A DNA stretch of 64,000 nt from Octopus vulgaris (taxonomy: Eukaryota). Within the stretch, counting starts at the first letter, position 1. Every line of letters starts with the position of its first letter. The DNA lies in contig OX597814.1 in NCBI GenBank assembly GCA_951406725.2, forward strand, positions 42,966,001 through 43,030,000. Reading direction: 5' to 3'. A program made the translations under genes and the position numbers. The notes under the pieces are model-generated. The model saw only the letters and a list, made by a program, of their open reading frames with translations, had not been told where the DNA came from and ran no database searches. Of this stretch, positions 26,467 through 41,883 are shown in pieces.

Positions 26467-27429
26467 CCATGCGATTCCATACATAATTCATTATCATTGA
26501 TCTTCTACAACTTCTGTCATTTATGTATATAAAACTATGACGCATTTTATATATTAATCGTCACAAAGCCCGTTTATCTTTAAACGCATCTTCAAATGAG
26601 ATGATAATTTTTTCTTCTTTTCTTCGGTAATTGTATTTGTTTGCTACCTGGAGACTCTTCTACATTGAAGAGAAAAAAAAATTGACAACATATCATAATA
26701 TGATGTTTTTGGGTACCGATTGTCTGTTAATTCTTGAAATAATTGCAACTATTGTGTTGGTGAAAAATAAATATTGATACAAAACGTGCTACAATGTTTT
26801 CCTAAAGTAGTTGTCGATAGTCATAGAAAAAAATTCAAAATTATTAGATTATAAGAAAAATATATTGATCATTAGATCGGTAGACAGAAAGGCATTCAAA
26901 CACACAAAATATATTCGAATTTATCTGTTGATATAATGTAATATAATTCGATATTATCTACCAGCTATGTGTATGTATCTGTTCTTTTACATGCGTACGC
27001 ATTAATTTTTTTTTCTCTTGCACAAATTTCTCTGAATTTATGTTTTGAGAATGGTTTCAAATTCTGCAATTGCGGCGATATTTTGTTGAGCACCTACGAA
27101 ATTGCAATTATATATTTAAGTATATTATTTCGTCACCAGTGGCTCTGTTTTTCATTCGAACACTAGTGAAGAAGACCAAATGAATTATTAAATAAAATGC
27201 ATTAAATTATATATGGTGCTGAAAACTAAATATGGAAACGTAGTGTAGAGCATTCTGTATCAGAAGAGAAATATTCTTTTCTACTCTAGGTAAAAGGCCC
27301 GAAATTTTGGGGGATTCGAGCCACTCGATGATATTGACCCCAGTACGTAATAGATACTTAATTTATCAGCCCCGAAAGGCAAAGTCGTCCACATTATTAT
27401 TATTAATATTATTATTATTATTATTATTC

Positions 27430-27624
27430 TATGTTTGAATTTTGCTTTACATTAGTACAAGTTGGCTCCAAGTCTCACCCAGAGACCTCACAAAGCAACA
27501 AGTTGGAATTTCATGTTGCTGTTATGCCTAGGGTGCCATATATTTGGTTTTGTACTTAGTTTGTACTAGTGAATGTCTACAAAACAATACGAAAATTATG
27601 TTTGTTGTAAAACTTGAGACTACA

Positions 27625-27625
<1 letters not shown>
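27430..27625 (-). mobile_element. Short insert in (ATT)n, possibly the 3' end of an R4/Dong-like LINE
   Basis: About 200 bp of unique sequence flanked on both sides by (TAT)n. Dong-type elements are known to target (TAA)n. No coding motif is present, so the assignment is inference. Confidence 0.35.
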
Positions 27626-27702
<77 letters not shown>

Positions 27703-27745
27703 CATTATTATTATTATTATTATTGTTATTATTACTATTATTATG

Positions 27746-27800
<55 letters not shown>

Positions 27801-28220
27801 CTATCTCTCACCAGACACAATACACTTTCTGTTGATCTTACTTTCACGGAACAGTATAATTATGTGTGTGTGTATGTGTGTGTGTATGTGTGTGTGTATC
27901 ATGATGATGATAGCCGTCCAAACAAGACACTCACCACAATCCATCACACACCAAAATAATTTCGATGATGAACTGTCAGATGACATTTAAGATCAGTTTT
28001 TCACTGATAGGGTTTAAAACACGTGAAAGATATTACTCAGAAGGCATTGGGCAACCTGAGGCTATAAAAGTAATCACGTTCTCAAGTCACCAGTCACTGA
28101 AACTGAACCAGACCACGCTGCTACCAAGCGAACATCTTGAAGACACAATGAAATCTGGTATGAAATATCCTTCATTCTTCCTCCTCTTCTTTTTTTGTCT
28201 TTTTTCTCTCTCTCTTTCTC

Positions 28221-28265
<45 letters not shown>

Positions 28266-29229
28266 TTATATATTTATATATATATATGAATTTGTATATG
28301 TATGTGTGCATGTACGATTTTCTTTATCGCTTGTGAACCGACGTTATTTGACCCCATAAATTGGAAGGTTTGAAGAGGGATCTATAGAATAATGATAACT
28401 GCTTTGATTTGGACGCACAAAATACTGGAGGTACTTTATTTTGGAGCCATTACAAATATTCAAACAAGTAAGAGATTAAATGCATAAGAATTTGATATTC
28501 ATTGCTTTAATGAATCTCGTCCAAAAACAAATATATATTTAAATTCACATTTGTTACCAAACATTACTTTGAAATTAGCAATCTAATTATGCAAACGTTC
28601 GTTAGATTCATCCTCAAAATAAAGGATTTCGAATTGTAATTTGTTGTGAGATTATATTACGAAATATAGAATTAATAGAATGAGTAAATTGGATGAAATA
28701 TGCAGTGCCTATTTAAATGTTTGTGAATTTTCATACGATTCACGGCAAAAGTAATATGTAATATAATACTTATTTCTAGGTTAAGTATTTCGCTCATTTC
28801 TCTTCGGAGGGTTTGGGGTGAATTGAATAATATCTCTGATCTATGAAGACCGCGAGCATTTTCAAATTTATAGTCATGTATATGCTAATTTGCAATTGCG
28901 CGGGCTAGCATGCATGTGTTGCAGCGATTTTTATCTGGGCTTTTATGTTTTAAAATGTGCCTGTGCGTTTGTTTGCTCGCACGCGTGTGTGTGTGTGTTT
29001 GTGTGTGTGTATGTGTGTGTGTTTTTGTGTGTGTGTGTGCACGTCTAACATAGAACTACGTATTTTTAAGGAAATAGTTAATGATAACCCTTTTTGATTT
29101 TTCGGCCAATTCCTTGATGACATAATTTTCGGCATAATTTTCTGGGAATGGAACTATTATTTTAGGAATGCAAAAGAAAAAAGAAAACACGATATCTAGC
29201 CCAGTGAACGTGAATCTTTTGAGGAAGAA

Positions 29230-31420
29230 TTGTATTGACATATGTCACTTATTTCGCTTTTGCTCATTACACGAAGAGCTGAAAGACTCATCACAGCCGC
29301 GGACGTACGAAATGCGATGGCAGGCTGTACGGGAGACAAGTCGACATGTTTCGACGGCCTGCCCTACGAACGTTATTGTCATATGCCAGACTTTTTGGAG
29401 GCGTCTTGGACGCTGTCAACTGCAACTGGCAGCAAAACGAGAGAATCCCCATTTCTGTAAAGCGATGTGCGGTAGCATTGCCAAAGAAAGATTCAAGAAA
29501 GGGGAACGTCATAAATAACTTCAGGCACATTACACTGCTCAACGTAGATTGGAAGATTTTCGCCAAGATGTTAGCCAAGAGTTTGGCGCATGTCATCGAG
29601 AAATTAGTCAACAAGACACAAACGTGTGCCCTGTCGGGTGGGAGTATCCATGACGACCTCCATCTGATGTGCTACGTCATAGACAAGATAGTTAAAGAAC
29701 CTGGTACGGGCGGGACGCTGATCAATTTGGATCAAACAAAAGCTTTCGATTGGGTAGACCATCGCTACTTGGAGGCTGTCCATATACCGACTGGTCTCGG
29801 TCCCGTCTTCCGCGGTTGGATCGCTGCCTTATACTGCGGCATCCGCTCGATAGTTTGCGTAAATGGTCATCTGTCTAGAGCATTTAACATCACTCGTTCG
29901 GTGCATCAAGGATGCTCCCACACGTCGCTTCTGTACGTATTGATTCTTGAGCCACTATTGCGGAAGCTGGGGACACTGAGGGGCAACCCGCGTGAGCTAG
30001 GATGCAGGAGGAGCGTGTCTCCATACGCGGATGATGTCACTGTAATAGTGTCGAGCCACAGGCATATTGACCTGGTCTGCGAAACACTAAAAGAGTACGA
30101 AGCGGTAACGGGAGCAATAATTAATCGGGATAAGTCAGTGAGCTTGCGGCTCGGCACCTGGAGAAGCAAGCCGATGGTGTCCAAGAGCGCCTCCATCGTA
30201 AGATGCTGAACCGACGGACCGATGAAATTGCTCGCAGTCTGGTTCGGTCCAGACCTCCAAAAGGAGAAGAACCGGGGCGAGATAACGAGTAGGATAACCA
30301 CGCTCACCAGCAATGGGCTGAGAGGAAGCTATCCCTAAGAGTTTGGGCGGAGGTACCGAACGAATACAGGGCATACATCATTGATTACCGTCTGACCGTC
30401 GTGCCTTGTCCCGAACCTACCGTCACCAAACTGGAACACATATTCTTCGCTTTTTGTGGAACGAAATCTTTCCGATGGTTTGGCGATCCATTTGTTGTGA
30501 ACACCCACAATATGGAGGGCTGAGCATGCCGTGGTTGATGATACGCAGACATGCGCTGAGACTGCGATATTCCCGGCACTTCATAAAAGATGGGGAAGAG
30601 GTGTGGTCGCCGTTTGTGCAGCACACTTTCACGCAGCTCGTTCTTTGGCCGAACTGCAGTTGTGGATCAAACAATGACCGAGGTAGTCGAGTGGCACAGC
30701 GAGTTACGCCTTACTCTCAAGTTACTCTGCTGACCGAGACCAAACTTGTGCGACTTCAATTTCACAAAGGCGTTCTATAGAGGATTAGTAGAAGATATGT
30801 GCGACGACCTTCTCGGGCAGCATCTGGGCGTGGACAAGGAACACCTGACCCGCCTGTTCAGGACAACTTTTGTGCCGGGACTTATAGACAATCACCAGAG
30901 ATCCCTGGCATGTCAGTGCTATCAAGAAGCATAGCTCATTCGGGATAAACTCAACAGACACAGTTCGAGATAAACCGGACCGACTTGCGGTGAGAGCGAT
31001 GAAACCGTTCTGCACGCACTCGTGCAGTGTCCAACCATTTCGGATATGTGGTCTTATGCCGAACGGCTGCTATCGCGTGTGGGACAAGTTCGCTTGTCTA
31101 CCAAGTTTAACGGGAAAATTGCTCCGCCACCTTCCCTTCACCGGGAAGGCAAGGCAGTGTTCCTTAAACTGATGGCCATGGTGAAAGAATGTATGTGATG
31201 GACTCGAGAGAAACCTTTTTAGAGACAAGCACTTTCTTCTCTGTTCAATCGCTTATCAACTTTTTCAAGTACCAAGGAAAAGGAAAGTGAGAATAGAGAG
31301 GCGAGGTTTGTCTCGTGAATTATTCAATAAAAGGTGAGTGAATGTAGCAACGATGGTACGAGCGAATAACGAAACCACTTTGAGTGTGATCCTGTAAATC
31401 GAAGAGAGAGAAACAGCACT
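29230..31420 (+). mobile_element. 5'-truncated Tx1/L1-clade LINE ORF2 remnant
   Basis: DGLPYE, NFRHITLLNVDWKIFAK, LDQTKAFDWVDH, RSVHQGC and YADDVT, then GGLSMP and the C-terminal zinc knuckle CGESDETVLHALVQCP (~30985-31035). Contains stops and frameshifts. Confidence 0.9.
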
Positions 31421-31769
31421 TTGCTCTCATGTGTTTTCCCTCCCTGCCTCAAATTACGGATTTTATCAAATCCGTAAGCATCAGGTGCAAGTTCTTAAAC
31501 CGCTCGCTGAACAACATGCACAGATTATTTGTTTATAACGATGAAATACTTCTCGGTTCTTTCCATGAAACCAACATTGCTTGTACTCATGCACGCTGTA
31601 CCATAGTTTAGATGCCGAAGTATTTGCAGAGCAATACGGTAACTATAATACATCGAGCTTCCACACACCATTCACGCAATATACTTATATAGGCGTGGGC
31701 GTATAGTAAGGTGTTATAGCAAGGTATTTATATATATATATATAATGATATAAGTAATATGTATATATA

Positions 31770-31818
<49 letters not shown>

Positions 31819-31830
31819 CATATATGTACA

Positions 31831-31893
<63 letters not shown>

Positions 31894-31909
31894 TTATGTA
31901 TATATGGGT

Positions 31910-32507
31910 ACAGGACGTCACAAAACGTAAACATCAGGAAATATGAAAACGCCATGGATTATGAATTACCAAAACATGAAATATGAAAGCAAATCTGGGT
32001 ATGCGAACAACGAGAGAAACAAATGGAAAAGAAGACAAGTAACATAAAGAAAGACCCTTCATCAGTTGTCGGGTCTTATTTACTCCAAATATGGAGCAAT
32101 TCACGGCAATATGTGTCTTCGAGAAACAGTTGCTTCCGTTAACCGAAATAAAATTGGGGATTTTCGGAGTGTCAAAGTTGGCAACAAAAACAGGACATAG
32201 AACAAACGAAACGAAACAAAAACAGACAGGGAGGGACTTTAGGCCAGACGAAGTAAGATAGCGAACGGTGGTAGAATATTCTTTGACAAGAGAAAAGATA
32301 GGAGAGAAGATAGATAAGAATGCGTTTTGCCTGTGCGACAGACTGAAGTAGAAGAAAGATGAACACATGAGGAAAAGAAAGATGGACGATGGTCATTTGT
32401 TTGCAATGAGAGAGAGTAAAGGCTGAAGTGGGAGAGAGAAACAGATAAAACGGTGAACGGGTGAAAAAAGGATTAGAGAAAGGTTTAGGGGAAAAAAACA
32501 AAAGAGA

Positions 32508-32510
<3 letters not shown>
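31910..32510. repeat. Non-coding insert between (TA)n tracts, possibly a PLE terminal region
   Basis: Sharp (TA)n borders on both sides, purine-rich, no convincing ORF; family identity inferred only from context. Confidence 0.35.
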
Positions 32511-32573
<63 letters not shown>

Positions 32574-32579
32574 TATATA

Positions 32580-32772
32580 GGTTTGCGTGTGTGCCTCTGT
32601 GTTTAACCTACGCCACCTTTTGACTACCGCTGTTGGTGTATGAACGTCCCCGTAAATTAGCAGTTCGGTAGTAGGTTGATAGAATAATTCCCAGGTTTTC
32701 AAAATGAATTTCTTGGGACGATTCTGTCATAAAACATTCTTCAAGCTGGTACTCCAGCATGACCGCAGCCTA
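32580..32772 (+). mobile_element. Decayed SINE 3' half
   Basis: GTCCCCGTAAATTAGCAGTTCGG...GGTACTCCAGCATGACCGCAG is the reverse-complement homolog of the 11385 and 22575 SINE bodies. Confidence 0.65.
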
Positions 32773-33839
32773 ATATAATGTTTCCATCGTAGAAATATAG
32801 AATTTTATGGAAGATTTTATATGCATCATATATCATAATTACGGCTAACGTTTACGCCAATCGCTGATATCGATAAATATTCGGCAAAATATCATTGGAA
32901 TAAGCTCATTGAAATGTACTTATGCTGACAGAACCGAATGAATTGTATAACGAATTAAAAATTTCTCGCTCATGTTTTCAAGGCCCAGATCATTTTTTCA
33001 TTTCGTATGTAGTTCCGGTTTCTCCTAGAAATGTATCTAAACTAAACAGACTTGATTTGTAGAGTAAACTTTGTTTGACTCTCTTACTTCATGCAGTGAT
33101 ATTACACTACGCATCAAATTTTTCTGGTTTTTGTGAATCACTTTAGTTTTCACAAAATATATTGCTTCAGACACAATAGATAAAGAATTTTCAACTACAT
33201 CTTGTTAAGAGCAAGAACTGACTACAAAAATCGAATAAGCAAACATAAAAGCTCTTTTTTAATAGTCGAAATCATTACGATACTTCAATTTGATTTACAT
33301 TTATTTTATGCTGCTATGTAATATAACATAGGTATGTATAAATAAATCTCAAATACAAACTACTCTTTAGATCAAAGCAAAATCGATCGGTATTTATATA
33401 TGTTAATTTATGCCAAGCTGAATATGTAATTTGCCTAAGACTTCAACAAAAATCACAATTCGAATATTTTATAGTTTATCGATAACAGAAGACGGGCTAT
33501 GTAAATTACGCAAAGTTGTAAAATCCATGGAAATATCTCTTATTGGGATATTTAAAATACACTCTCTGAATGTTAAATTTATGGAAATATTTTTACCTTG
33601 AACAAATCTGCTACTTCAATACAAAGTTGATTGGCTTGCACAAACTGGCACAGACGCTTTTTTAAATTTTAAATAAAATGTTAAGTCGAAAGGAGATTAA
33701 CGATCGATTGCATATACATACGTATGTATGTATGTATGTATGCATGTATGTATGTATGTGTGTGTGTATGTATATATATATATATATACCTATATATATA
33801 TGTGGGTGTTGGTTTTTGTATACATACATATATTTTTAT

Positions 33840-33891
<52 letters not shown>

Positions 33892-34094
33892 TTGCAGGGG
33901 TGCGTGTGTTTCTGTGTACTTCTTGTTATGGGGTGTTCGGAGGAGATGAGTGTGGTAGCTTCATTTTTCAAAAGTATGTTTGTTAAAATATATATGGATT
34001 AAAAGTATACTGTTGATATTCTGATATTATATATAAATATTTATACAAATAATTATACATGTGCGTATGTAAATGGATATATATATATATATAT

Positions 34095-34410
34095 ATTCGG
34101 AAAATTCATTTAAAACGCGATCTTATTCGCATAAAAAATCATTTAGATACCCAGAAAATAGAACGAAGACCAGCCTAGCAAAATATGTCTGGGAACTAAA
34201 AGAAAAGGAAGCCCCACCTTTGAGCGTGACATTGGAGTGTTCTGGAGAGAGCGGCACCATACAGGCACGGGGCACACAAGTAAAATTTTAAATGCAATCT
34301 TTGTTAGAAGAATTTTATATTTTATTTAAAGACAATAATTCTTTGAATCAAAGAAGCGAACTGTTGAACTGTTGAACAACCAAATTTAAAATGTCAAACA
34401 TAAATATCTC
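34095..34410 (+). mobile_element. Penelope-like element GIY-YIG C-terminal remnant (Naiad-like signature)
   Basis: SENSFKTRSYSHKKSFR..TSLAKYVWELK, then CNLC and SLNQRSELLNC in shifted frames; begins directly after a (TA)n run. Confidence 0.7.
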
Positions 34411-35575
34411 ATATGGATAGAGTATATACTGTCTTTTTGAATTTTTGATTCTTGGACTAGTAATCACACCGATGGATTTGTTTCGCGCTATGCAGATTTC
34501 ATTCCGTATAGCAAAGTCCTGTGCGTATATTTTGTTTATTTTGTTTATATTTCTAAACCTTCGACTTCGTTTATCTCATTTTATTACATTGTATAGGCTT
34601 ACTTTGGTATCTAATTTATAGATGATCCAATATAGGGTGTTATATTTTGCATGTCTTTCGTCTAATTTTTATTATTACGCATTCACCATTTTTTTAAAAA
34701 CAATGTTGTCAGATCCTAGGAATTTTTATGTAAATATATGTATTGGCATGAATATGTATTTGTAAGCATACATCTTTGTATATGTGAAAGTGAGCGTATG
34801 TTTGTACTTAAGCACATGCATACATGATTGTATATGTATGCATGTATCCACTTGAACTTGTGTGTTCGCGTAATTGTCTCTATATATATGTGTCAGTATA
34901 TGTGCTTACATAATTTGTATACAAATCGTTTCTTCTTTCCTTTCCTTCTTTTTCCCTTCTCTCTTTTTCTTTTTTCTCTCTCTTCCTTTCTTTCGTTTTT
35001 TTCTCTCCCTATTCGTTATTTGTAACCTGTAACTTTACGTCCCCCTCCCCTCCCTTACTCATGTCTTTAGCTTTCTGTTGTAAATAAGAACGCCCCTTCC
35101 CCATCCATGAATTTAGCTTATAGTCTATATGGATACAGTGATTTTGCATGCGAGCTAGATTGCGTATGCATATGTGTACATGCATTTGTGTGTATATTTT
35201 AGCTTTCTATTTATTTGTCTGTATATGTATGTGGTCTGCTCGCATCTATCTGTGTATGTTGATGTATATATGTATAGTTTATTATGAGTATGTACTGTTG
35301 TGTAATATTTTAACGTATTTTAACATTTTAATTTCAATTTCCATGTATTAATTATATTTCCTTCATTAATGACAATATGTATTTTAAGATTCGATGTAAG
35401 GTTTTTTCCTCGAATTTTACAATGTTTATATATATATATATATATTTGATCTCATTTTTGTTAATCGCTCGAAAATTGACCGTTATTTGTAAAGGACCAA
35501 TCAAACAAGTCCATTTTTAAAGGTGTAGCGTTTATACTAGTCTTGATAGAATTGACATATCAGTTCTATTCTAGC

Positions 35576-35623
35576 AAAAACTGTTCGACGAACGGGAACA
35601 TGAACCTCAGAGTAACAGGTTTT
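35576..35623 (+). ncRNA. Degenerate type I hammerhead-like motif (copy 1)
   Basis: aaaaactgt-TCGACGA-acg.ggaa.cat-GAACC-tcaga-GTA-acaggtttt has HHR topology with substitutions in both conserved boxes. Confidence 0.5.
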
Positions 35624-35651
35624 GTTGAATTTTCTGCTGCTTTTAAATAAA

Positions 35652-35694
<43 letters not shown>

Positions 35695-35698
35695 TATG

Positions 35699-35729
<31 letters not shown>

Positions 35730-35889
35730 ATCTACTTCTAGCATACGGCCGACCACATAGTGGTTTGCACTTCAAATATACACATGTATTAGAATTTTCT
35801 CTGATTTTTCAGATTTCTGTATGCTAGACTACTGGTTATAAATTGATATTAATTAAATTAATATTCAATTTATCTCCCTCATTATTTAG

Positions 35890-35944
<55 letters not shown>

Positions 35945-35946
<2 letters not shown>

Positions 35947-36548
35947 CAGTAATACATCTCTGAACGAGATATAAACAGTAACCGCTCGACAACGTAAGGT
36001 GTACTAGCCATCTGAATGTGGCTAGCCACTGGGGGTGGGGTGTTACTGGTGCTTTTAGCCCTAGGCGATCAACGTCACCAGATGGACTTTATACACTATC
36101 TCAGTGCCCTTGTGTTATTTGCAAAGGGAGGTCATCCTCCCTCGAAGACCGAAGTACTACATACGGACTATAGTTTCAAGGTAATTGCCTCTCGAGAGGT
36201 TACTGTTTATATCTCGTTCAGAGATTTATTACTGCTTTCAGACAGTTTTTCTAAATCAGTGACAGTGGTTGCTGTGAAAAACGTTATATATTATTCGCAA
36301 GGGGACTCCTTCATCGAAGACCGGTGCTTACCATGCGTTGACGAGAGGCAATTACCTTGAAACTATAGTCCGTATGTAGTACTTAGATCTTCGAGGGAGG
36401 ATGACCTCCCATTGCAAATAAAACAAGGGCACTGAGATAGTGTCTAATGTCCATCTGGTGACGTTGATCGCCTGGGGGTAAAAGCATCAGTAACACCCCA
36501 CTCCCAGTGGCTAGCCACATTCAGATGACTAGCTAGTACACCTTACGT

Positions 36549-36549
<1 letters not shown>
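35945..36549. mobile_element. Fold-back element with nested inverted repeats A-B-A'-X-B' inserted in (TA)n (copy 1)
   Basis: A (35945-35989) pairs with A' (36192-36236); B (35991-36194) pairs with B' (36342-36549), about 205 bp with few mismatches. (TA)n on both sides. Confidence 0.85.
36332..36376 (+). ncRNA. Minimal type I hammerhead ribozyme motif (copy 1)
   Basis: catgcg-TTGACGA-gagg.caatta.cctt-GAAAC-tata-GTC-cgtatg: stem I catgcg/cgtatg, stem II gagg/cctt, palindromic stem III loop, GUC triplet; C3-to-U variant. Confidence 0.78.
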
Positions 36550-36579
<30 letters not shown>

Positions 36580-36604
36580 GTATGTATGTATGTATGTCTG
36601 TATA

Positions 36605-36637
<33 letters not shown>

Positions 36638-37199
36638 GTATGTATATATGTATATATATATATATATATAAATATAATATAGGATAAATTTTTTCTAAAA
36701 GAACTCTATCAATGGCCAACATATTAAAAAATATCTTTAAAGGTAAAATTTATAAACAATTTATAAACAAGGGTAAATTGCGTATGCATATGTGTACATG
36801 CATTTGTGTGTATATTTTAGCTTTCTATTTATTTGTCTGTATATGTATGTGGTCTGCTCGCATCTATCTGTGTATGTTGATGTATATATGTATAGTTTAT
36901 TATGAGTATGTACTGTTGTGTAATATTTTCACGTATTTTAACATTTTAATTTCAATTTCCATGTATTAATTATATTTCCTTCATTAATGACAATATGTAT
37001 TTTAAGATTCGATGTAAGGTTTTTTCCTCGAATTTTACAATGTGTATATATATATATATATATATATATTTGATCTCATTTTTGTTTATCGCTCGAAAAT
37101 TGACCGTTATTTGTAAAGGACCAATCAAACAAGTCCATTTTTAAAGGTGTAGCGTTTATACTAGTCTTGATAGAATTGACATATCAGTTCTATTCTAGC

Positions 37200-37247
37200 A
37201 AAAACTGTTCGACGAACGGGAACATGAACCTCAGAGTAACAGGTTTT
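37200..37247 (+). ncRNA. Degenerate hammerhead-like motif (copy 2)
   Basis: Duplicate of 35576-35623. Confidence 0.5.
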
Positions 37248-37276
37248 GTTGAATTTTCTGCTGCTTTTTAAATAAA

Positions 37277-37317
<41 letters not shown>

Positions 37318-37514
37318 TATGTATATATATATATATATATAAATGTGTGTGTGTATCTACTTCTAGCATACGGCCGACCACATAGTGGTTTGCACTTCAA
37401 ATATACACATGTATTAGAATTTTCTCTGATTTTTCAGATTTCTGTATGCTAGACTACTGGTTATAAATTGATATTAATTAAATTAATATTCAATTTATCT
37501 CCCTCATTATTTAC

Positions 37515-37574
<60 letters not shown>

Positions 37575-37576
<2 letters not shown>

Positions 37577-38179
37577 CAGTAATACATCTCTGAACGAGAT
37601 ATAAACAGTAACCGCTCGACAACGTAAGGTGTACTAGCCATCTGAATGTGGCTAGCCACTGGGGGTGGGGTGTTACTGGTGCTTTTAGCCCTAGGCGATC
37701 AACGTCACCAGATGGACTTTATACACTATCTCAGTGCCCTTGTGTTATTTGCAAAGGGAGGTCATCCTCCCTCGAAGACCGAAGTACTACATACGGACTA
37801 TAGTTTCAAGGTAATTGCCTCTCGAGAGGTTACTGTTTATATCTCGTTCAGAGATTTATTACTGCTTTCAGACAGTTTTTCTAAATCAGTGACAGTGGTT
37901 GCTGTGAAAAACGTTATATATTATTCGCAAGGGGACTCCTTCATCGAAGACCGGTGCTTACCATGCGTTGACGAGAGGCAATTACCTTGAAACTATAGTC
38001 CGTATGTAGTACTTAGGTCTTCGAGGGAGGATGACCTCCCATTGCAAATAAAACAAGGGCACTGAGATAGTGTCTAATGTCCATCTGGTGACGTTGATCG
38101 CCTGGGGGTAAAAGCATCAGTAACACCCCACCCCCAGTGGCTAGCAACATTCAGATGACTAGCTAGTACACCTTACGTT
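37575..38179. mobile_element. Fold-back element A-B-A'-X-B' (copy 2)
   Basis: Duplicate of 35945-36549 at an offset of 1630. Confidence 0.85.
37962..38006 (+). ncRNA. Minimal type I hammerhead ribozyme motif (copy 2)
   Basis: Identical to 36332-36376. Confidence 0.78.
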
Positions 38180-38196
38180 ATATATATATATATACA

Positions 38197-38330
<134 letters not shown>

Positions 38331-38467
38331 TAATATAGGATAAATTTTTTCTAAAAGAACTCTATCAATGGCCAACATATTAAAAAATACCTTTAAAGGT
38401 AAAATTTATAAACAATTTATAAACAAGGGTAAATTGTCTTTTTTCTTCTTCCCTTGTTTATAAGTTT

Positions 38468-38506
<39 letters not shown>

Positions 38507-38676
38507 GGTGTCAGAATATCTGGTTATTTCATCTACATTATACTTTTAAACCATACAGCTTAACAGTAACGCATCTTTATAAAAAGAAGATGTCAAACTT
38601 GCACATCCAGTACAAATGCATACATATATGTATGAATGTGTATGTGTATATATATACATATATACATATATATATT

Positions 38677-38866
38677 CAGTAAACCCACGACTATCGCGAG
38701 TGTTATGTTTCAAAAAACCCCGCGATGATGAACATTAGTACAGTGTGTTACCTTTTGTTACTTTAATCATTTTTACATACTCATTTTATAATAAGTGCAA
38801 AACAACCCCGTGGACGAATCAACGTAATTTTTTAAAAAATGCGATTGGTGAACCTTGATATTACTG
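38677..38866. mobile_element. Short pogo/Tigger-like MITE remnant
   Basis: CAGTAA...TTACTG termini followed by TA, a CpG-containing subterminal region, non-coding, 190 bp. Confidence 0.5.
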
Positions 38867-38910
38867 TATTCGTGTTAAGGCCCTCGAGCATTTACACAAA
38901 CATACATACA

Positions 38911-38989
<79 letters not shown>

Positions 38990-39099
38990 AAAAAATGAAG
39001 TTCGAAAATGCAGCTGTATTATACAATTTTTTTATTTTTATATATACATTATAACATGTTTCAGTTCCTGAAATGAACTTTATCAAAAAAAGTTATATA

Positions 39100-41428
<2,329 letters not shown>

Positions 41429-41512
41429 ATATGTATATATATATATATATATATATAGAATATAGGATAACATTTTTCGAAAAGAATTCTATCAATGGCC
41501 AACACACACTAA

Positions 41513-41569
<57 letters not shown>

Positions 41570-41772
41570 TTACGTATGCCAGTACGAACGCCCGGATTAA
41601 AAGCAGCTGTTTTATCATGTGATTAATGATTCTATGATACTGTGATAATATCATTGAGAATATTTTCTCCAACATCTGGTGAGCGTGACACAAATACAAC
41701 ACTAAATCATATTCATTGTTAACTTTAAATAGACCGATTTTGAATGATTATATGGTATATAAATATATATAT

Positions 41773-41813
<41 letters not shown>

Positions 41814-41834
41814 TACATAGATAGATAGATATAC

Positions 41835-41883
<49 letters not shown>

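Noticed and set aside
32040-32110. CTGATGA on the minus strand as a hammerhead core
   Set aside because: No properly placed GAAA/UH or closing stems were found.
36016-36360. 114-aa ORF with signal-peptide-like start, present twice
   Set aside because: It lies across the inverted-repeat arm and ribozyme of the fold-back element; the identity of the two copies reflects recent duplication.
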